The translations under genes were made by a program, and so were the position numbers. 64,000 nucleotides of DNA from a virus, in IMG/VR virus record IMGVR_UViG_3300028809_000011, positions 2,038 through 66,037 of that record; one strand, given 5' to 3'. Within the stretch, counting starts at the first letter, position 1. Each line of letters starts with the position of its first letter. Shown one piece after another: positions 1 to 10,310 of the stretch. Under the pieces are notes generated by a model. That model was not told the origin of the DNA, made no database searches, and saw nothing but the letters and a program-made list of their open reading frames with translations.

Positions 1-369
1 TTTCGGCGCTCAGCGTGGCTCTCAGCGTGTTTTCCCTGGTGGCCGGTATCTGCGTGACGTACCTGCACACGTACCGCAGTGACGAGGGCACCGGTCGGCA
101 CTTCCGGGGCATGGGTCGCGTGCGTCAGCCCGCCGGACGTCACCGGACGACGGCATGACCGACCCGCGCATCGAAGGCTACCGGCAGGCCGTGTCTGACC
201 TGGTGGAAGCGTTTACCTATGAGGACTGCGAGGAATGCGGCCAGGGTATCGACGGCCACGTGATCAGCCCGGACATGTTCGGGCATCCGCACGCATGGTG
301 CACCGGGGGCACCGAGTGACAGCGTCGGCAAGCCGACCGGTGCGCCGGGGGGTCACGCAGTACCGCACG

Positions 370-741
370 ATGACCAGCACCACCCCCCTTGCCCCCACGT
401 CGTTCGTCATCCGTGCCACCCCGCACCCGATTCACGCTGCCTACGTGTACCGGCGGGGGGCATCGGGAACGCCCTGGGTTGTCGAGTTCCACACGATCGA
501 TTTCCCGAGGAAGTACCTGTATGAGGACATGGGACCGGCGTTGAATGCCGCCTCGGAACTGGTGGGCCGTAAGGCGGGCCAGGAGTGGAGGGAGCGGTTC
601 ACCGGCCCGCAGCGGTACGCGATCGGTCAGCAGCAGTGCCCCCGGCTCATGGGGGCCGGAATGGGGGTGTGTGGCCAGAGTCCGGAGGTGGGTTCGATTT
701 GGTGCCGGTGGCACCCGAAAGGAAAGGATATCGAGCAATGA
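370..741 (+). CDS. hypothetical protein
   Basis: ORF in frame of 235..741 taken from internal Met (MTSTTPL...); no recognisable domain. Confidence 0.3.
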   Translation: MTSTTPLAPTSFVIRATPHPIHAAYVYRRGASGTPWVVEFHTIDFPRKYLYEDMGPALNAASELVGRKAGQEWRERFTGPQRYAIGQQQCPRLMGAGMGVCGQSPEVGSIWCRWHPKGKDIEQ

Positions 742-922
742 CCATTCAGATTCCGTGTGAGGTGAGGCACGGGTGCCGGACACCGGCACGTATTCAGGTG
801 GAGGTGTGCGGCGTGAAGGCTCACCAATTCGAGATCACGAACACGTGCCGTAAGCATCTGTCAATCGTGGTCATGTCGGCACTGTCCATCAGCAACGACG
901 TCCGGGTTAGGAGCGCGGTCTA

Positions 923-1333
923 ATGGCATTCACCCTCAAGCGCTGTGACGCCGAGGTGTCCCCGAAATGCCCCGGCCACTCGCCAGTGGGCAAGTTCCCC
1001 GACTGCCTCATTGAGGCGCTCTACGGGGGCAGCTTCGACGAGGAAACTGGGACTGTCGACGGCTTCAACCGTTGGGTCGGCCTGATCATTCAGGCCGAGG
1101 CCGAAACGGTGGACATGGACACGGTCGCTGAGATCCCGGTCACCATCCCCGCCGGTACGTTCCTGATCATCACCGAAAACGATCAGGGGCATATCGGGGT
1201 GGAGACCTACCCGAATGCCGAGGAAGCACAGTCCGCTTTCGACGAATGGGAGCGGCTTTATGGCCTGTGGTGCGAAGCCGAGGAAGCACGAGAGGCAGAG
1301 ATCATGACGTCTAGCGGAAGGATCGGACGGTGA
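923..1333 (+). CDS. hypothetical acidic protein
   Basis: 136-aa ORF; GTGA overlap with the next gene suggests an operon. Confidence 0.4.
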   Translation: MAFTLKRCDAEVSPKCPGHSPVGKFPDCLIEALYGGSFDEETGTVDGFNRWVGLIIQAEAETVDMDTVAEIPVTIPAGTFLIITENDQGHIGVETYPNAEEAQSAFDEWERLYGLWCEAEEAREAEIMTSSGRIGR

Positions 1334-2268
1334 CGATTCGCAATCACAAGGGCCGTTACGTGTCGCTTAAGGCGATGAATGACCGGGTGACGGAACTCAA
1401 GCGGGCCGGGTTCACGGTGTCCTACGCGTGGCGCGAGGACGCTAAGCAGTTCGGCTATCTGTCGTCATCGAACGTCCGGGGTGAGTACGGCATGTTCGGC
1501 CGTAGCCTCACTGTCACCGGGGAAGCCTCGGAGCATTACGGCGAACCGTATGTGTCATTCGATGGCGTGGCTATCGACCGTGACTCATGCGGCCAGGCCG
1601 ACACCGTCGTCCGGTCGAATTACGCGGCCATTCGCCGTGACTACCCGCAATTCCCATGGGTGGACACGTCGTATCTGAACTGCAATGCACTCGGATGTTT
1701 CGTGGCCGACATGGACGATGACACGGCCGGAATGCTTATCGGCCTGGCGGAGTCTTACCCGGTGTACGACGAATCGGCGATGAGTGACCTTGAGCACGAG
1801 GAAATCGACGAATCATGGGCCGGATACATGCGCGGCGAGGTGCGGCATGAGCTTCCCGAGGTGACCTGTACGACGATATGGGATTACCTCGGTGAGGACA
1901 CCGTCACCGAACTGTGGTGGACGTGCGTGTCCGCCAATGTGTTCGGCAACTATCCGGAGCACCGGGGCACCGAGGTCGTGTGGGGTGACGTGGCCGAACG
2001 CGCCCGTGACTTCCGTCCGTACCTGTGTGCGGCCTACTGGGCTAAGCGCACCGGCCAGGACGGCGAGGATAGCGCGCCCATGTACGTGTGGGTTGACCGT
2101 CTGGCACGTCGGCAGCGCGATCGGGCCGAAATCGAGCGCCTTTACCGGGCATGGATGGCGGATGAAACGATCCTCCACCATGACGGCTCATGGCGTGACT
2201 ATCTCAACTCGCGCGGGTGGGTCATCACGGCCACCGGCGCACGACGCAAGGGGGCAGAGGACAAATGA
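1330..2268 (+). CDS. hypothetical protein
   Basis: 312-aa ORF, translationally coupled to its neighbours; no recognisable domain. Confidence 0.5.
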   Translation: MTIRNHKGRYVSLKAMNDRVTELKRAGFTVSYAWREDAKQFGYLSSSNVRGEYGMFGRSLTVTGEASEHYGEPYVSFDGVAIDRDSCGQADTVVRSNYAAIRRDYPQFPWVDTSYLNCNALGCFVADMDDDTAGMLIGLAESYPVYDESAMSDLEHEEIDESWAGYMRGEVRHELPEVTCTTIWDYLGEDTVTELWWTCVSANVFGNYPEHRGTEVVWGDVAERARDFRPYLCAAYWAKRTGQDGEDSAPMYVWVDRLARRQRDRAEIERLYRAWMADETILHHDGSWRDYLNSRGWVITATGARRKGAEDK

Positions 2269-3080
2269 CCAATCCGATGACCATCGATGAGATTCGGAAC
2301 GCGTCCCCGTACGACCTGGCGGATATGGCGGACTGCGATTGCCCCGACAACCGGGAGTCTTCGGGTGCCGCCATGCTGGCCTGTGTCCGTGACTCGGTGG
2401 TGAAGGCTATCCAGGACGGCTCGATCACGCTGGATGACTTCGACGACCGGGGGCAGCTTCACGAAATCGCGGACGGCGCTCCGAGCGTCTACACGCACAC
2501 GATCTGGCGGACGTTCGTGGATCTCGCGGCCTATCAGGAAGAGAACGAGTTCGGCGACGAATGGCCGAATGACCTCACCAAGGCTGCGAGTCTGGCGCTC
2601 TATCAGATCTCCAATCGCCTTGCCCATGCCCTGTGTGAGGCATGGCGCGCGGGGTGGGAGTGCCCTGTGTGCTCGAACCCTCGCGGGGATTACGACTGCT
2701 CGCCGGAGGATTGCCGCGCATGGCAGTGTCCCGAATGCGACGGGTACGACAATACGCACGGGTGCCAGATTGACCAGTGCAAGGCACCTCAGGCGCACGC
2801 TGAGCCGCTACCCGTCCGTACCCCCGGTCTGGCTATGGCCGAGGTGGGCATGCCTGCCAGCGACGTCTACACGGGGCCGGTTGACCTGGCACCGGTGCAC
2901 GATCCGATCCTGTCCCTGATCGATCGGGCCGAGGCCACCGACATGGGTATCCGTGTCGCGCGCCGTGCCAGGATCGCCGACGCGGCAGTCTCCCGGTTCC
3001 GTCGGAAGGTGTGGACGGCGGTTGTCATCCTGGCCGCTGTGTCCGTGCCCCTGGTCTTGTGGGTTGGAGGTGCGTGGTGA
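2265..3080 (+). CDS. hypothetical Cys-rich protein with C-terminal TM helix
   Basis: starts MTNPMTIDEIR; CxxC pairs (CPVCS, CPECDGYDNTHGC); hydrophobic C-terminus. Confidence 0.5.
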   Translation: MTNPMTIDEIRNASPYDLADMADCDCPDNRESSGAAMLACVRDSVVKAIQDGSITLDDFDDRGQLHEIADGAPSVYTHTIWRTFVDLAAYQEENEFGDEWPNDLTKAASLALYQISNRLAHALCEAWRAGWECPVCSNPRGDYDCSPEDCRAWQCPECDGYDNTHGCQIDQCKAPQAHAEPLPVRTPGLAMAEVGMPASDVYTGPVDLAPVHDPILSLIDRAEATDMGIRVARRARIADAAVSRFRRKVWTAVVILAAVSVPLVLWVGGAW

Positions 3081-3172
3081 TTGGTGAGCAGTGGGCCGAG
3101 GTGGTCAAGTTCGCTCTGTTCGTCCTCGGTGGTGTCGCGGTCGTGTGGATCATGTACCGGCGCGACTAGTTC

Positions 3173-3232
3173 CTGATGATCATGCCCCTTAGGTCTGTTG
3201 ATCTAGGGGGCATGATCATGTCCGGGGTCGAT
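3173..3232. promoter_or_regulatory. imperfect palindrome ATGATCATGCCCC...GGGGCATGATCAT in an AT-richer GATC-rich intergenic region
   Basis: inverted arms of about 17 bp read directly; lies in 3100-3870, a non-coding stretch with several GGACAT motifs. Confidence 0.4.
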
Positions 3233-3879
3233 CTTGGAAATTCGGACATTTCGGACTTTTACCTTTTGCCCGATTTATCACGATATATGGCGATATTTAG
3301 TCATAAGTTGGGTAATACTGGACATGTCCGTTTTGTCGGAGTGGGTCAAGATCATCAGAGCCGGGGCCGTCGGCAGGCTTAAGTTACCGGCGGGTATCAA
3401 GATCTTTGGGAAGTGCTTGACATGATCTTGCATGTCCGTTTCGGCCCGGTTTGCGCATGGCCTCTGAGCTGCGGAAACTCCGCTGAGCCATGATCGTCGA
3501 CATCTACATATCCCCGGTACCAAACTTGGAGATCTTGGCTCAGCGTGGCCCTCAGTGCCCTTAAACGGCCTTTCTGACCTGCGTTATGGGGCACATGTTC
3601 ACGGGTGCCGGGCATGATCAACTGAACGGCCGTTAAGGTGCCAGGCGTGGCGGATCAAGACGTGTTGATCATGAGTCGATGCGGAGCTTCCTAGGACGCT
3701 CCGACATTCAGTCAAGATCATCGATATCTGCAACTGTCGGGTTTCATCACCGCCCCTGAACTGGGCATATCCGATTCTTCCGACACGGGATGATCTACCC
3801 TGGTATGGCACATGTGCCCCTAGTGGGGTAGGATTGCCCTGTAAAGGCAACACGGACCGGCTGACAGGAGACAGGGACC

Positions 3880-4056
3880 ATGATCACCGACATGATCGCC
3901 GCGAAGATCGCAAAGCTCATGATCAACGCCAAGACCCGCACACTCGTCGCCAAGATCGTTGAGGCCGCCATCGCCGAGCGGACCCGCGACATCGTGATCA
4001 CACTGGAAGACGACGGCCAGGCTGACGCGGCAGAGCTGATCAAAGCCAACTACTGA
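3880..4056 (+). CDS. small hypothetical protein (58 aa)
   Basis: ATG preceded by GGAGACAGGGACC RBS-like sequence; below the 60-aa ORF track cutoff. Confidence 0.45.
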   Translation: MITDMIAAKIAKLMINAKTRTLVAKIVEAAIAERTRDIVITLEDDGQADAAELIKANY

Positions 4057-4245
4057 GATGCCAGGGGCCGGGAGACCGGCCCCACCCTTTTGCCCCAAAA
4101 ATGGACATATGGCGATATATACGTCACCAGGTGAAATATCCCGATATTTCCGGTCAAACCGGACATTCACACGATCAAGGGCCGTGACCAGGGAAAATGC
4201 TGCATTCCCACTGGTCACGGCCCCAGGTGGCCGGACGGCTAGAGA

Positions 4246-4863
4246 TCAGTCATCGTCGTTGTCGTCGCTCATGTCGTCCTCACAGTTTCGGCACTCATCG
4301 ACGTCCGCCGGGTTGTTGGAGTAGCCGCACGCCGAACACGTGCGCTTGCGGACGGCGGGGATGATGTGCGCGTCCGGGCCGGGGTCGGCCGTCTCCACCT
4401 TCACGTCGGCCGTGGTGATCTCCAGATTCGGGAAGTCACCACCGTCACGGCCGAACCGACGGCGGACGTCGTTGACACTGTCGTACCTGAGGTTTGCGGC
4501 CAGGGACTCAATCTGACGCCACACGGTGGAATCGGACGGCGCACCCGCCTTGCCGCGCGACGACGTCTTGACATCCCACGACGCCACCAGGGACACCGTG
4601 ACGCGGTGCCCGGTCTGGACACGGCGCAAGCCCAGTTCGGCCAGGGCCGAATCGACCACGCCGCAAAGGTTGTGCGCCTCGGCGTACCGGCCCGTGACGG
4701 CCACGACGTCACGCCGGAACGTGTCAAGCTCGGCCCTCAGCGCGTCGTACGCGGCCCGGTCCACCGTGTCTGTACCCGAGGTGTCCCCCTGGCCGTCCGT
4801 CGCCTCTGCGGCGCTCTCAGGGGCCGTGTCGGGCGTGGCCTCGGGGTTGGTGCTCTCAGACAT
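4246..4863 (-). CDS. hypothetical protein with CxxC...CxxC and acidic tail
   Basis: 205-aa ORF; C-terminal CSACGYSN...CRNCEDD zinc-ribbon-like motif then poly-D. Confidence 0.5.
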   Translation of the reverse strand: MSESTNPEATPDTAPESAAEATDGQGDTSGTDTVDRAAYDALRAELDTFRRDVVAVTGRYAEAHNLCGVVDSALAELGLRRVQTGHRVTVSLVASWDVKTSSRGKAGAPSDSTVWRQIESLAANLRYDSVNDVRRRFGRDGGDFPNLEITTADVKVETADPGPDAHIIPAVRKRTCSACGYSNNPADVDECRNCEDDMSDDNDDD

Positions 4864-4970
4864 GCTGTGTCCCCTTCCCAGGGATCATCGTTGCTGGTCA
4901 CACGTCGTTTGATCGTGTGCTTCCGGGCACGGCTAACCAACCGTGGTCATCCGTGCCCGAAAGGTAGGGA

Positions 4971-5294
4971 TCAACCCACGTATTCCGGCACACAATCGGC
5001 GTACTCGGCAGACGGAAGCGCCAACCTCACACACTCAGCCGGATTGCTCGGGACGATGATGAGACGACCGTCCCCGGTCACGATGTGAGTCGCACCCTCG
5101 TGCCTGGTCACCGTGGCCGTGTCCCCCCGGTCATGGTCGCTGGTGACCGTGATCACCGGGGCGGGCGGAACCGGCCGGGTTCCCATGCCGTTGATCGTGG
5201 CCACCAACCCGGCACCGATCATGAGCCCGGACGTGCCGACCAAGGCCAGCATGACCGCAGCGAACTTCCCCGAAACGATGTGACCGGCGTTCAT
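4971..5294 (-). CDS. hypothetical membrane protein
   Basis: 107 aa with N-terminal hydrophobic helix; 4-nt overlap with the upstream gene. Confidence 0.45.
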   Translation of the reverse strand: MNAGHIVSGKFAAVMLALVGTSGLMIGAGLVATINGMGTRPVPPAPVITVTSDHDRGDTATVTRHEGATHIVTGDGRLIIVPSNPAECVRLALPSAEYADCVPEYVG

Positions 5295-5671
5295 CGTCCA
5301 CCCTCCCCACGCGTGATCTTACGGATGTCCTGCCAAATGCCCATGATCCGCTCCGCCTCCTCCACCGTCGCCGACGGGTCCGCAAGCCACGCCGCAACCG
5401 AGGCGTCCATGTCCCGCACGTACTCCGCCAGACGCGCGGCCATGGCCGAATCCCGGTCCGCGTCTGCCTCCCAACCCCGGTCACTACGCGCGGCCAGGGC
5501 CGGGGGGACGATGCCCCCACCCGGCAGACGGACCCAACCGGGGGGAACCTCCCCGCGCATGGCCATGTTGTCGGCCTCGGTCCGTCGGCGCGGCATCGAC
5601 GTGTGCTCCAGACACCCCACGTGCCCCTCGACACACACCACCCGCGCGGGATCGTGCGAACCCGTTTCCAT
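5291..5671 (-). CDS. hypothetical protein
   Basis: frame of 5291..5737 from internal Met METGSHD. Confidence 0.4.
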   Translation of the reverse strand: METGSHDPARVVCVEGHVGCLEHTSMPRRRTEADNMAMRGEVPPGWVRLPGGGIVPPALAARSDRGWEADADRDSAMAARLAEYVRDMDASVAAWLADPSATVEEAERIMGIWQDIRKITRGEGGR

Positions 5672-5765
5672 GTCCTGTCTCCCTTCCTCGCCGTTCCTCG
5701 ACACATGTCGATTCAGCCACACCCGCGACCCGTTCACGTCAACGGGTGTGACAGGACTGACACCG

Positions 5766-6113
5766 TCAGAAATCGATCACCGCACGCGCACCGGTCTCAA
5801 ACCGGTAACCCGCCTTGCCACGGACGCCGGGGATACGCCAACTGAGCACGTAACCCACCAGGTCATGACCGGGGTACGTCGTGGTGACCACGTTCACCGG
5901 CACCGGTGCCATGTCGGTGAGGACGAACACGGCCAGGGTATCCGGCACCTCACCCGAGGCCGATTCGTACGCCTGGTCATAGAACATGCTCATGATCATG
6001 CGCATCTTGCCCGTGACCCACCCGACGTGACTGCCCCCACGGGACACACTCACCAGGTAGTCAGCACCCTCGGTGTCGGGGTCCGAGATCCACGTACGCT
6101 CGTGAGCGCTCAT
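5766..6113 (-). CDS. hypothetical protein
   Basis: frame of 5766..6197 from MSAHERTW; ATGA overlap with the upstream gene. Confidence 0.4.
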   Translation of the reverse strand: MSAHERTWISDPDTEGADYLVSVSRGGSHVGWVTGKMRMIMSMFYDQAYESASGEVPDTLAVFVLTDMAPVPVNVVTTTYPGHDLVGYVLSWRIPGVRGKAGYRFETGARAVIDF

Positions 6114-6388
6114 GATCGGTTGCCCCCGTCCCGTTCGGCGCGAACCTTGGTGATCATGGCTTGTGCGGCCTCGGCCACCTCGGCACGAGTCCGGCACGCC
6201 TGCCCGTGCTCAGCGTTCCAGCCCTTCACCGTCGGCCGGAAGTTGCGCGCGAGCGTCATCCCGGTCTGCCCCCATGTCCGGTACGCCATCAGCCGCGCCA
6301 TGATCGCAACCGCGTGCACACCCCCACCGGTCACCACGGCCACCACGGGCACCGAGGCGCTAGCCATGTCCTCATCGAACGTCGTCAT
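6110..6388 (-). CDS. hypothetical protein
   Basis: frame of 6110..6454 from MTTFDED. Confidence 0.4.
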   Translation of the reverse strand: MTTFDEDMASASVPVVAVVTGGGVHAVAIMARLMAYRTWGQTGMTLARNFRPTVKGWNAEHGQACRTRAEVAEAAQAMITKVRAERDGGNRS

Positions 6389-6398
6389 GATCACTCCC

Positions 6399-7394
6399 TC
6401 AGATCTCGATGTCGGCCGTGATGCGGGCCAGATTGCGACGGACCACGGCCTCACTCACGGCCAGGGTGCCGGGGTGGGTGTCCTCACCGGTTCGGGTGAA
6501 CGTGCTACCGCACCCCAGGCACACCGTGCCCCCGACCGGCAGGCTACGGGCCGAAACGGTCTCGCACCCGTCCGAGCAGTCACCAGGGCGCACAGCGGCA
6601 CGGCGCACGTAGGTGTCAGCCTCGCTCGGATCGGCCGGGAGGAAGGTCACCGGGCACCCCAGGGCAGCCACGATGTCACAGCCCGTGTCGGTCAGCCGGT
6701 AGGCCACCAGGGAGCCGGGCGTACCGTCGTTGTCCCCGGTGACCTCGGCCAGGATGCCGCGTCGGATCAACGCCCTAACGGTCGCCTTGGTGGCCTTGGT
6801 GCTCTCCGGAAGGATCACGTTGTGCATATGCCATGCGTCCACCTGCCCGCGCATGGCGGACACGGCCAGGGCAACCGACACCATCGGGGCCGACATCTTG
6901 TGCGCCTTGACCACGTTGAACGTAGGCACCTCGGCCACCGGCTCAAGGGTGAGCAGGTCGGTCAGGATCTCCACCCCGGACACCTCGGCGGGGACGTCGT
7001 CCACCATGCGACCCGAGGCCGTCCACACCTTTCCGACCATGGCAGCGTCACCCCACCGGGGGGCACGGGTCTTGTCACCCCACGTCTTACCCGCGTCGGC
7101 GAGGATCGCTTCACGCTCGGCGAGCTTTGCGGCCCCCGCCTCTCCCTTCGTCTGGAAGGGCTGTCCGACGGCCTCACGCTCAGCGTCGGTCACGTCGTAA
7201 GGCGAGTGGTAGCCACACAGGGCCGTGCCCTCGACGGCCACGGGGAGCGTGGCGGTCAGGATGTGAACGGCGGGGGTGTCACCGTGGCAGGTGAGTTTGG
7301 TTCCCGTCTCGCCGTAGGCCAGCCAGCCACACGGGGTGCCCTTGGGGGCCGTGATCACCGGTCGGAATTGAGTCTTTTCGCTGCTCATGCCCTG
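6399..7394 (-). CDS. hypothetical protein (first gene of leftward operon)
   Basis: frame of 6399..7481 from MSSEKTQF; the large plus-strand ORF 5085..7403 is its antisense shadow. Confidence 0.5.
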   Translation of the reverse strand, partial: QGMSSEKTQFRPVITAPKGTPCGWLAYGETGTKLTCHGDTPAVHILTATLPVAVEGTALCGYHSPYDVTDAEREAVGQPFQTKGEAGAAKLAEREAILADAGKTWGDKTRAPRWGDAAMVGKVWTASGRMVDDVPAEVSGVEILTDLLTLEPVAEVPTFNVVKAHKMSAPMVSVALAVSAMRGQVDAWHMHNVILPESTKATKATVRALIRRGILAEVTGDNDGTPGSLVAYRLTDTGCDIVAALGCPVTFLPADPSEADTYVRRAAVRPGDCSDGCETVSARSLPVGGTVCLGCGSTFTRTGEDTHPGTLAVSEAVVRRNLARITADIEI

Positions 7395-7481
7395 TCTCCC
7401 TAGCTCCGTAGCCACCTGATGTGGCGCTTGAGACACAAGAGTCCCATGACCAGGGCTTATTGCCAAACTCCGAGAGCACAT

Positions 7482-8173
7482 TTAAGGGAACCGTGACCCA
7501 ACCGTTACCAAAAAACTTTGCCCCCACCAGGCAACACGACATACACGCAGCCCATACGGGGTGAGGACCACAACACCCCCGCTACCCTGGCCACCTACCC
7601 CCGGCGAGGACAGGGCAGCCATCCCCACCCCCCAGGACACCACGGGAAACAGGCTGAGAGCCACGCTGATGGCCTAACGGGGGCAGGTGCCTATCCGTAC
7701 CTAGGTAGGGCAAGGATCTTGGCTCAGACCGGGGACCGGGGACAGGCTAGGGCAGACACCCCACGGCCCCCCATTCAAGGCCAAGGGGCCAATCTGCCCC
7801 CAATACGGACACACCCCCACATATCCCCACCCATGTGGGCAAAACGGACATACCAGGACATAGTAGTACAAAATAGGACACACTATGACATATCGGTACA
7901 AAGTGTACATATGATGCAAATAGGGTATATGCAGATGATCATGAACAAACATGGTCACATCCCCATCCAACCTGCCAAACCGAGCAGGCAAACACAAAAC
8001 GGACATTTCCAGGCAAAAAGGGTATGCAGAGTGCTACCCCCAGTTAGCATGATCATCTAGATCTAGACAACCATTAGGGTCAATGTCTACCTTTCTGGTG
8101 GGATTTAGTTTTCGGACATATAAGGCGACCTTCCGATTCTGTATAAATCTGTGACTAAACGATCCAAAACGTA
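7482..8173. promoter_or_regulatory. about 690-bp AT-richer divergent intergenic region carrying repeated AAACGGACAT-type motifs
   Basis: no convincing ORF; motif copies near 7804, 7843, 7990, 8111; flanked by divergent operons. Confidence 0.5.
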
Positions 8174-8554
8174 GTGCACTACGTAGTACGGGGTCTTTGG
8201 GACACTTGCCCTATGACAGACATGGTTCGGATGAGCCCAGACGACTTCAGCAACCTGTCCCAGCAGATGCGCCTGGCCAACACTCAGCGGCTCAAGGCGG
8301 TCCTGGACAGTTTGGAGCCCTACATCGACGGCAGCCTGGGTGCTGTGTCCCCACCGCATGTGAACGCGTACATCAAGGTGTGCCGGGAGCTTGGCCTGAT
8401 GTGGGACTCCTACGGGCCTCCTAGGGCTGTCGAGGAGGTGAAGGGTGCGGACGAGGAGGCCATGGTGCTCTCGGCCCGTCAGGAGGCTGTGGTGGCCGAG
8501 TTGGGCAAGCTGCGTGAGGTGGGGATGAGGAACCAGGGGCGGCGGGCTTCCTAG
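8174..8554 (+). CDS. hypothetical protein
   Basis: 126-aa ORF starting right after the regulatory region. Confidence 0.4.
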   Translation: MHYVVRGLWDTCPMTDMVRMSPDDFSNLSQQMRLANTQRLKAVLDSLEPYIDGSLGAVSPPHVNAYIKVCRELGLMWDSYGPPRAVEEVKGADEEAMVLSARQEAVVAELGKLREVGMRNQGRRAS

Positions 8555-8993
8555 GAGGCTAGGCGGTATCCGATGAGCCGGTTGACTCCGCTGATCAGTT
8601 CGACTCGGTGGCCTGCGGTGCTGAGCCAGCGGGTGAACCTGTTCTGGGTGGGGATGACTGCGGCGTTGGGCAGGTTGGTTGTGCTCCAGGCGCGGTAGGC
8701 CCAGTAGATCTCGTGGATCTTCACCTGGTCGCTGGGGTTGCCGGTGGGGATGAGGTTGGCCTGTGCCCAGGCTGTTGGGCCGGTGGTGTTGGGGCAGCGG
8801 CATGAGGGGCACTGGTGTTCAAAGAATTGCATGGATTATTTCTATCACAAGATCAACCGGGAAGCGGGAAGTGTGGAGGCGACGGAGCGTGTGTGTGGGG
8901 GGCGTGGGCCTATAAGTACGAACACCTCCATTTGCATTATCTAAGCTCCGCAGGTCTTCCCGTCTTCCCGGTTGATCTTCATCTTTGCTGGTC

Positions 8994-9118
8994 AGGGTGT
9001 GCCGGGAAGTTGCCGGGAAGTGGGGAAAACCCGGTAAGTACTTCCCGGTTGATCTTGAACCCCCTGTTGCACATGTGGCATAGATGGGGTAGTGTGTGGG
9101 AGGAGTTAAGAGTTGGTG
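8994..9118. repeat. left copy of 125-bp inverted repeat with internal CCGGGAAG repeats
   Basis: reverse complement of 63876-64000 matches base for base over 125 nt. Confidence 0.85.
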
Positions 9119-9139
9119 CGCACCCGTCGAGGAGAGCGA

Positions 9140-9350
9140 CATGAGCAAGATCCCGAAGCAGCGGGGCAGTGGGCAGTCGGGCAACACCAACTGGGGCCAT
9201 CGCTCCAACCGGGTCAACTCGTCCCGGCGAGGAGGCAACCCGCATGCCGGAGGAGGCGGCAAGAAGGACTGTGTCGTCGTCATCCTCACCGGCCTGGGCG
9301 GGCTCGCTGGCCTCGGTGCCCTGGCGGCCCACGTCGTTCAGGGGCTGTGA
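9140..9350 (+). CDS. small protein with C-terminal TM anchor
   Basis: MSKIPKQRGSG...; GGAGAG RBS 6 nt upstream; hydrophobic C-terminus. Confidence 0.5.
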
Positions 9351-9565
9351 TGGTCAGGAGTAAGCGAAGGTACTTCATCCGCACCAGAGGTGCGAGCGCC
9401 TGGGAGTCGGTGACCAAGGAGGAGTACGTCCGGCACGAGAGGTCGGCCGGGTTCCACAACACCCTGGGGCAGCCCTTCGAGCCTGCGACCAGCCTCTTCT
9501 CGTCCACGTCGTATGGGTACGAAGGGAGGCTTGAGTACGGTGACCGTGACCCGAACAAGCAGTAG
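9350..9565 (+). CDS. small basic hypothetical protein
   Basis: TGATG overlap with the previous gene. Confidence 0.45.
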   Translation: MVRSKRRYFIRTRGASAWESVTKEEYVRHERSAGFHNTLGQPFEPATSLFSSTSYGYEGRLEYGDRDPNKQ

Positions 9566-9567
9566 GC

Positions 9568-10145
9568 CGGTGCTGCTGCTGGGCATCGACGGCGTGATCA
9601 ACTCGCTGCTGAGGGAGCCGCCTTCGATGGGCTGGCCGAAGGACGCGTGGCTGAAGGCCGAGTACACCTGGGACGGGCCGTCACGTTGGCCGCTGCTGTG
9701 GGCCGTGCCGGTGATCGAGTACCTGAACGGCCTGCACGACCAGGGTCGGGTGGAGGTCCGCTGGCACACGACCTGGCAGGAACTGGCCCCCGAGTTCGCG
9801 AAGATCGTGGGCCTGCCCGAGGACTGGGCCGTGGCTGACGCCCCGGAGTTCAGGGCCGACTGGCCTCTGTCCGCCAAGCAGCAGCTCCTGGAGGCACAGC
9901 CTGCGTGGTGGAAGTACCCGGCCGCTCTGCGTGTCCTCACCGAGGAGAAGCGACCGCTGATCTGGATCGACGACGACCTGTTCGGCAAGGTGAACCGGGT
10001 CCACCGTAACGGCCTGGCGCAGGTCGGCAAGGTGTGCCTGGTCAGTCCGGACGGGCAGACGGGCATCCTGCCGAAGCACATGCGCACGATCGAAGAGTTT
10101 CTGCTGCTGTGGGAGGACCCTCGTGGCGCGCTGTCGGGTTCGTAA
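9568..10145 (+). CDS. hypothetical protein
   Basis: frame of 9513..10145 with GTG start (VLLLGIDGVINS...). Confidence 0.45.
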
Positions 10146-10310
10146 GTGGGGTCGGCTGTGGTTCGTGGAGGAGTTCACCGGCCAGCGCTGGGTGCTGGTG
10201 TACGAGTTCCCCACGTGGTGGCAGGCGATGCTTGAGGTGACCGATGAGCTGCCCTACGGGTCGGAGACGGAGTGGACTCCGGCGTTGCGCCCCATGTGGG
10301 TAAGGCAGGC

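Noticed and set aside
5085-7403. 772-aa plus-strand ORF
   Set aside because: Arg/Gly/His-rich low-complexity translation lying antisense to five well-organised, translationally coupled minus-strand genes; typical high-GC shadow ORF.
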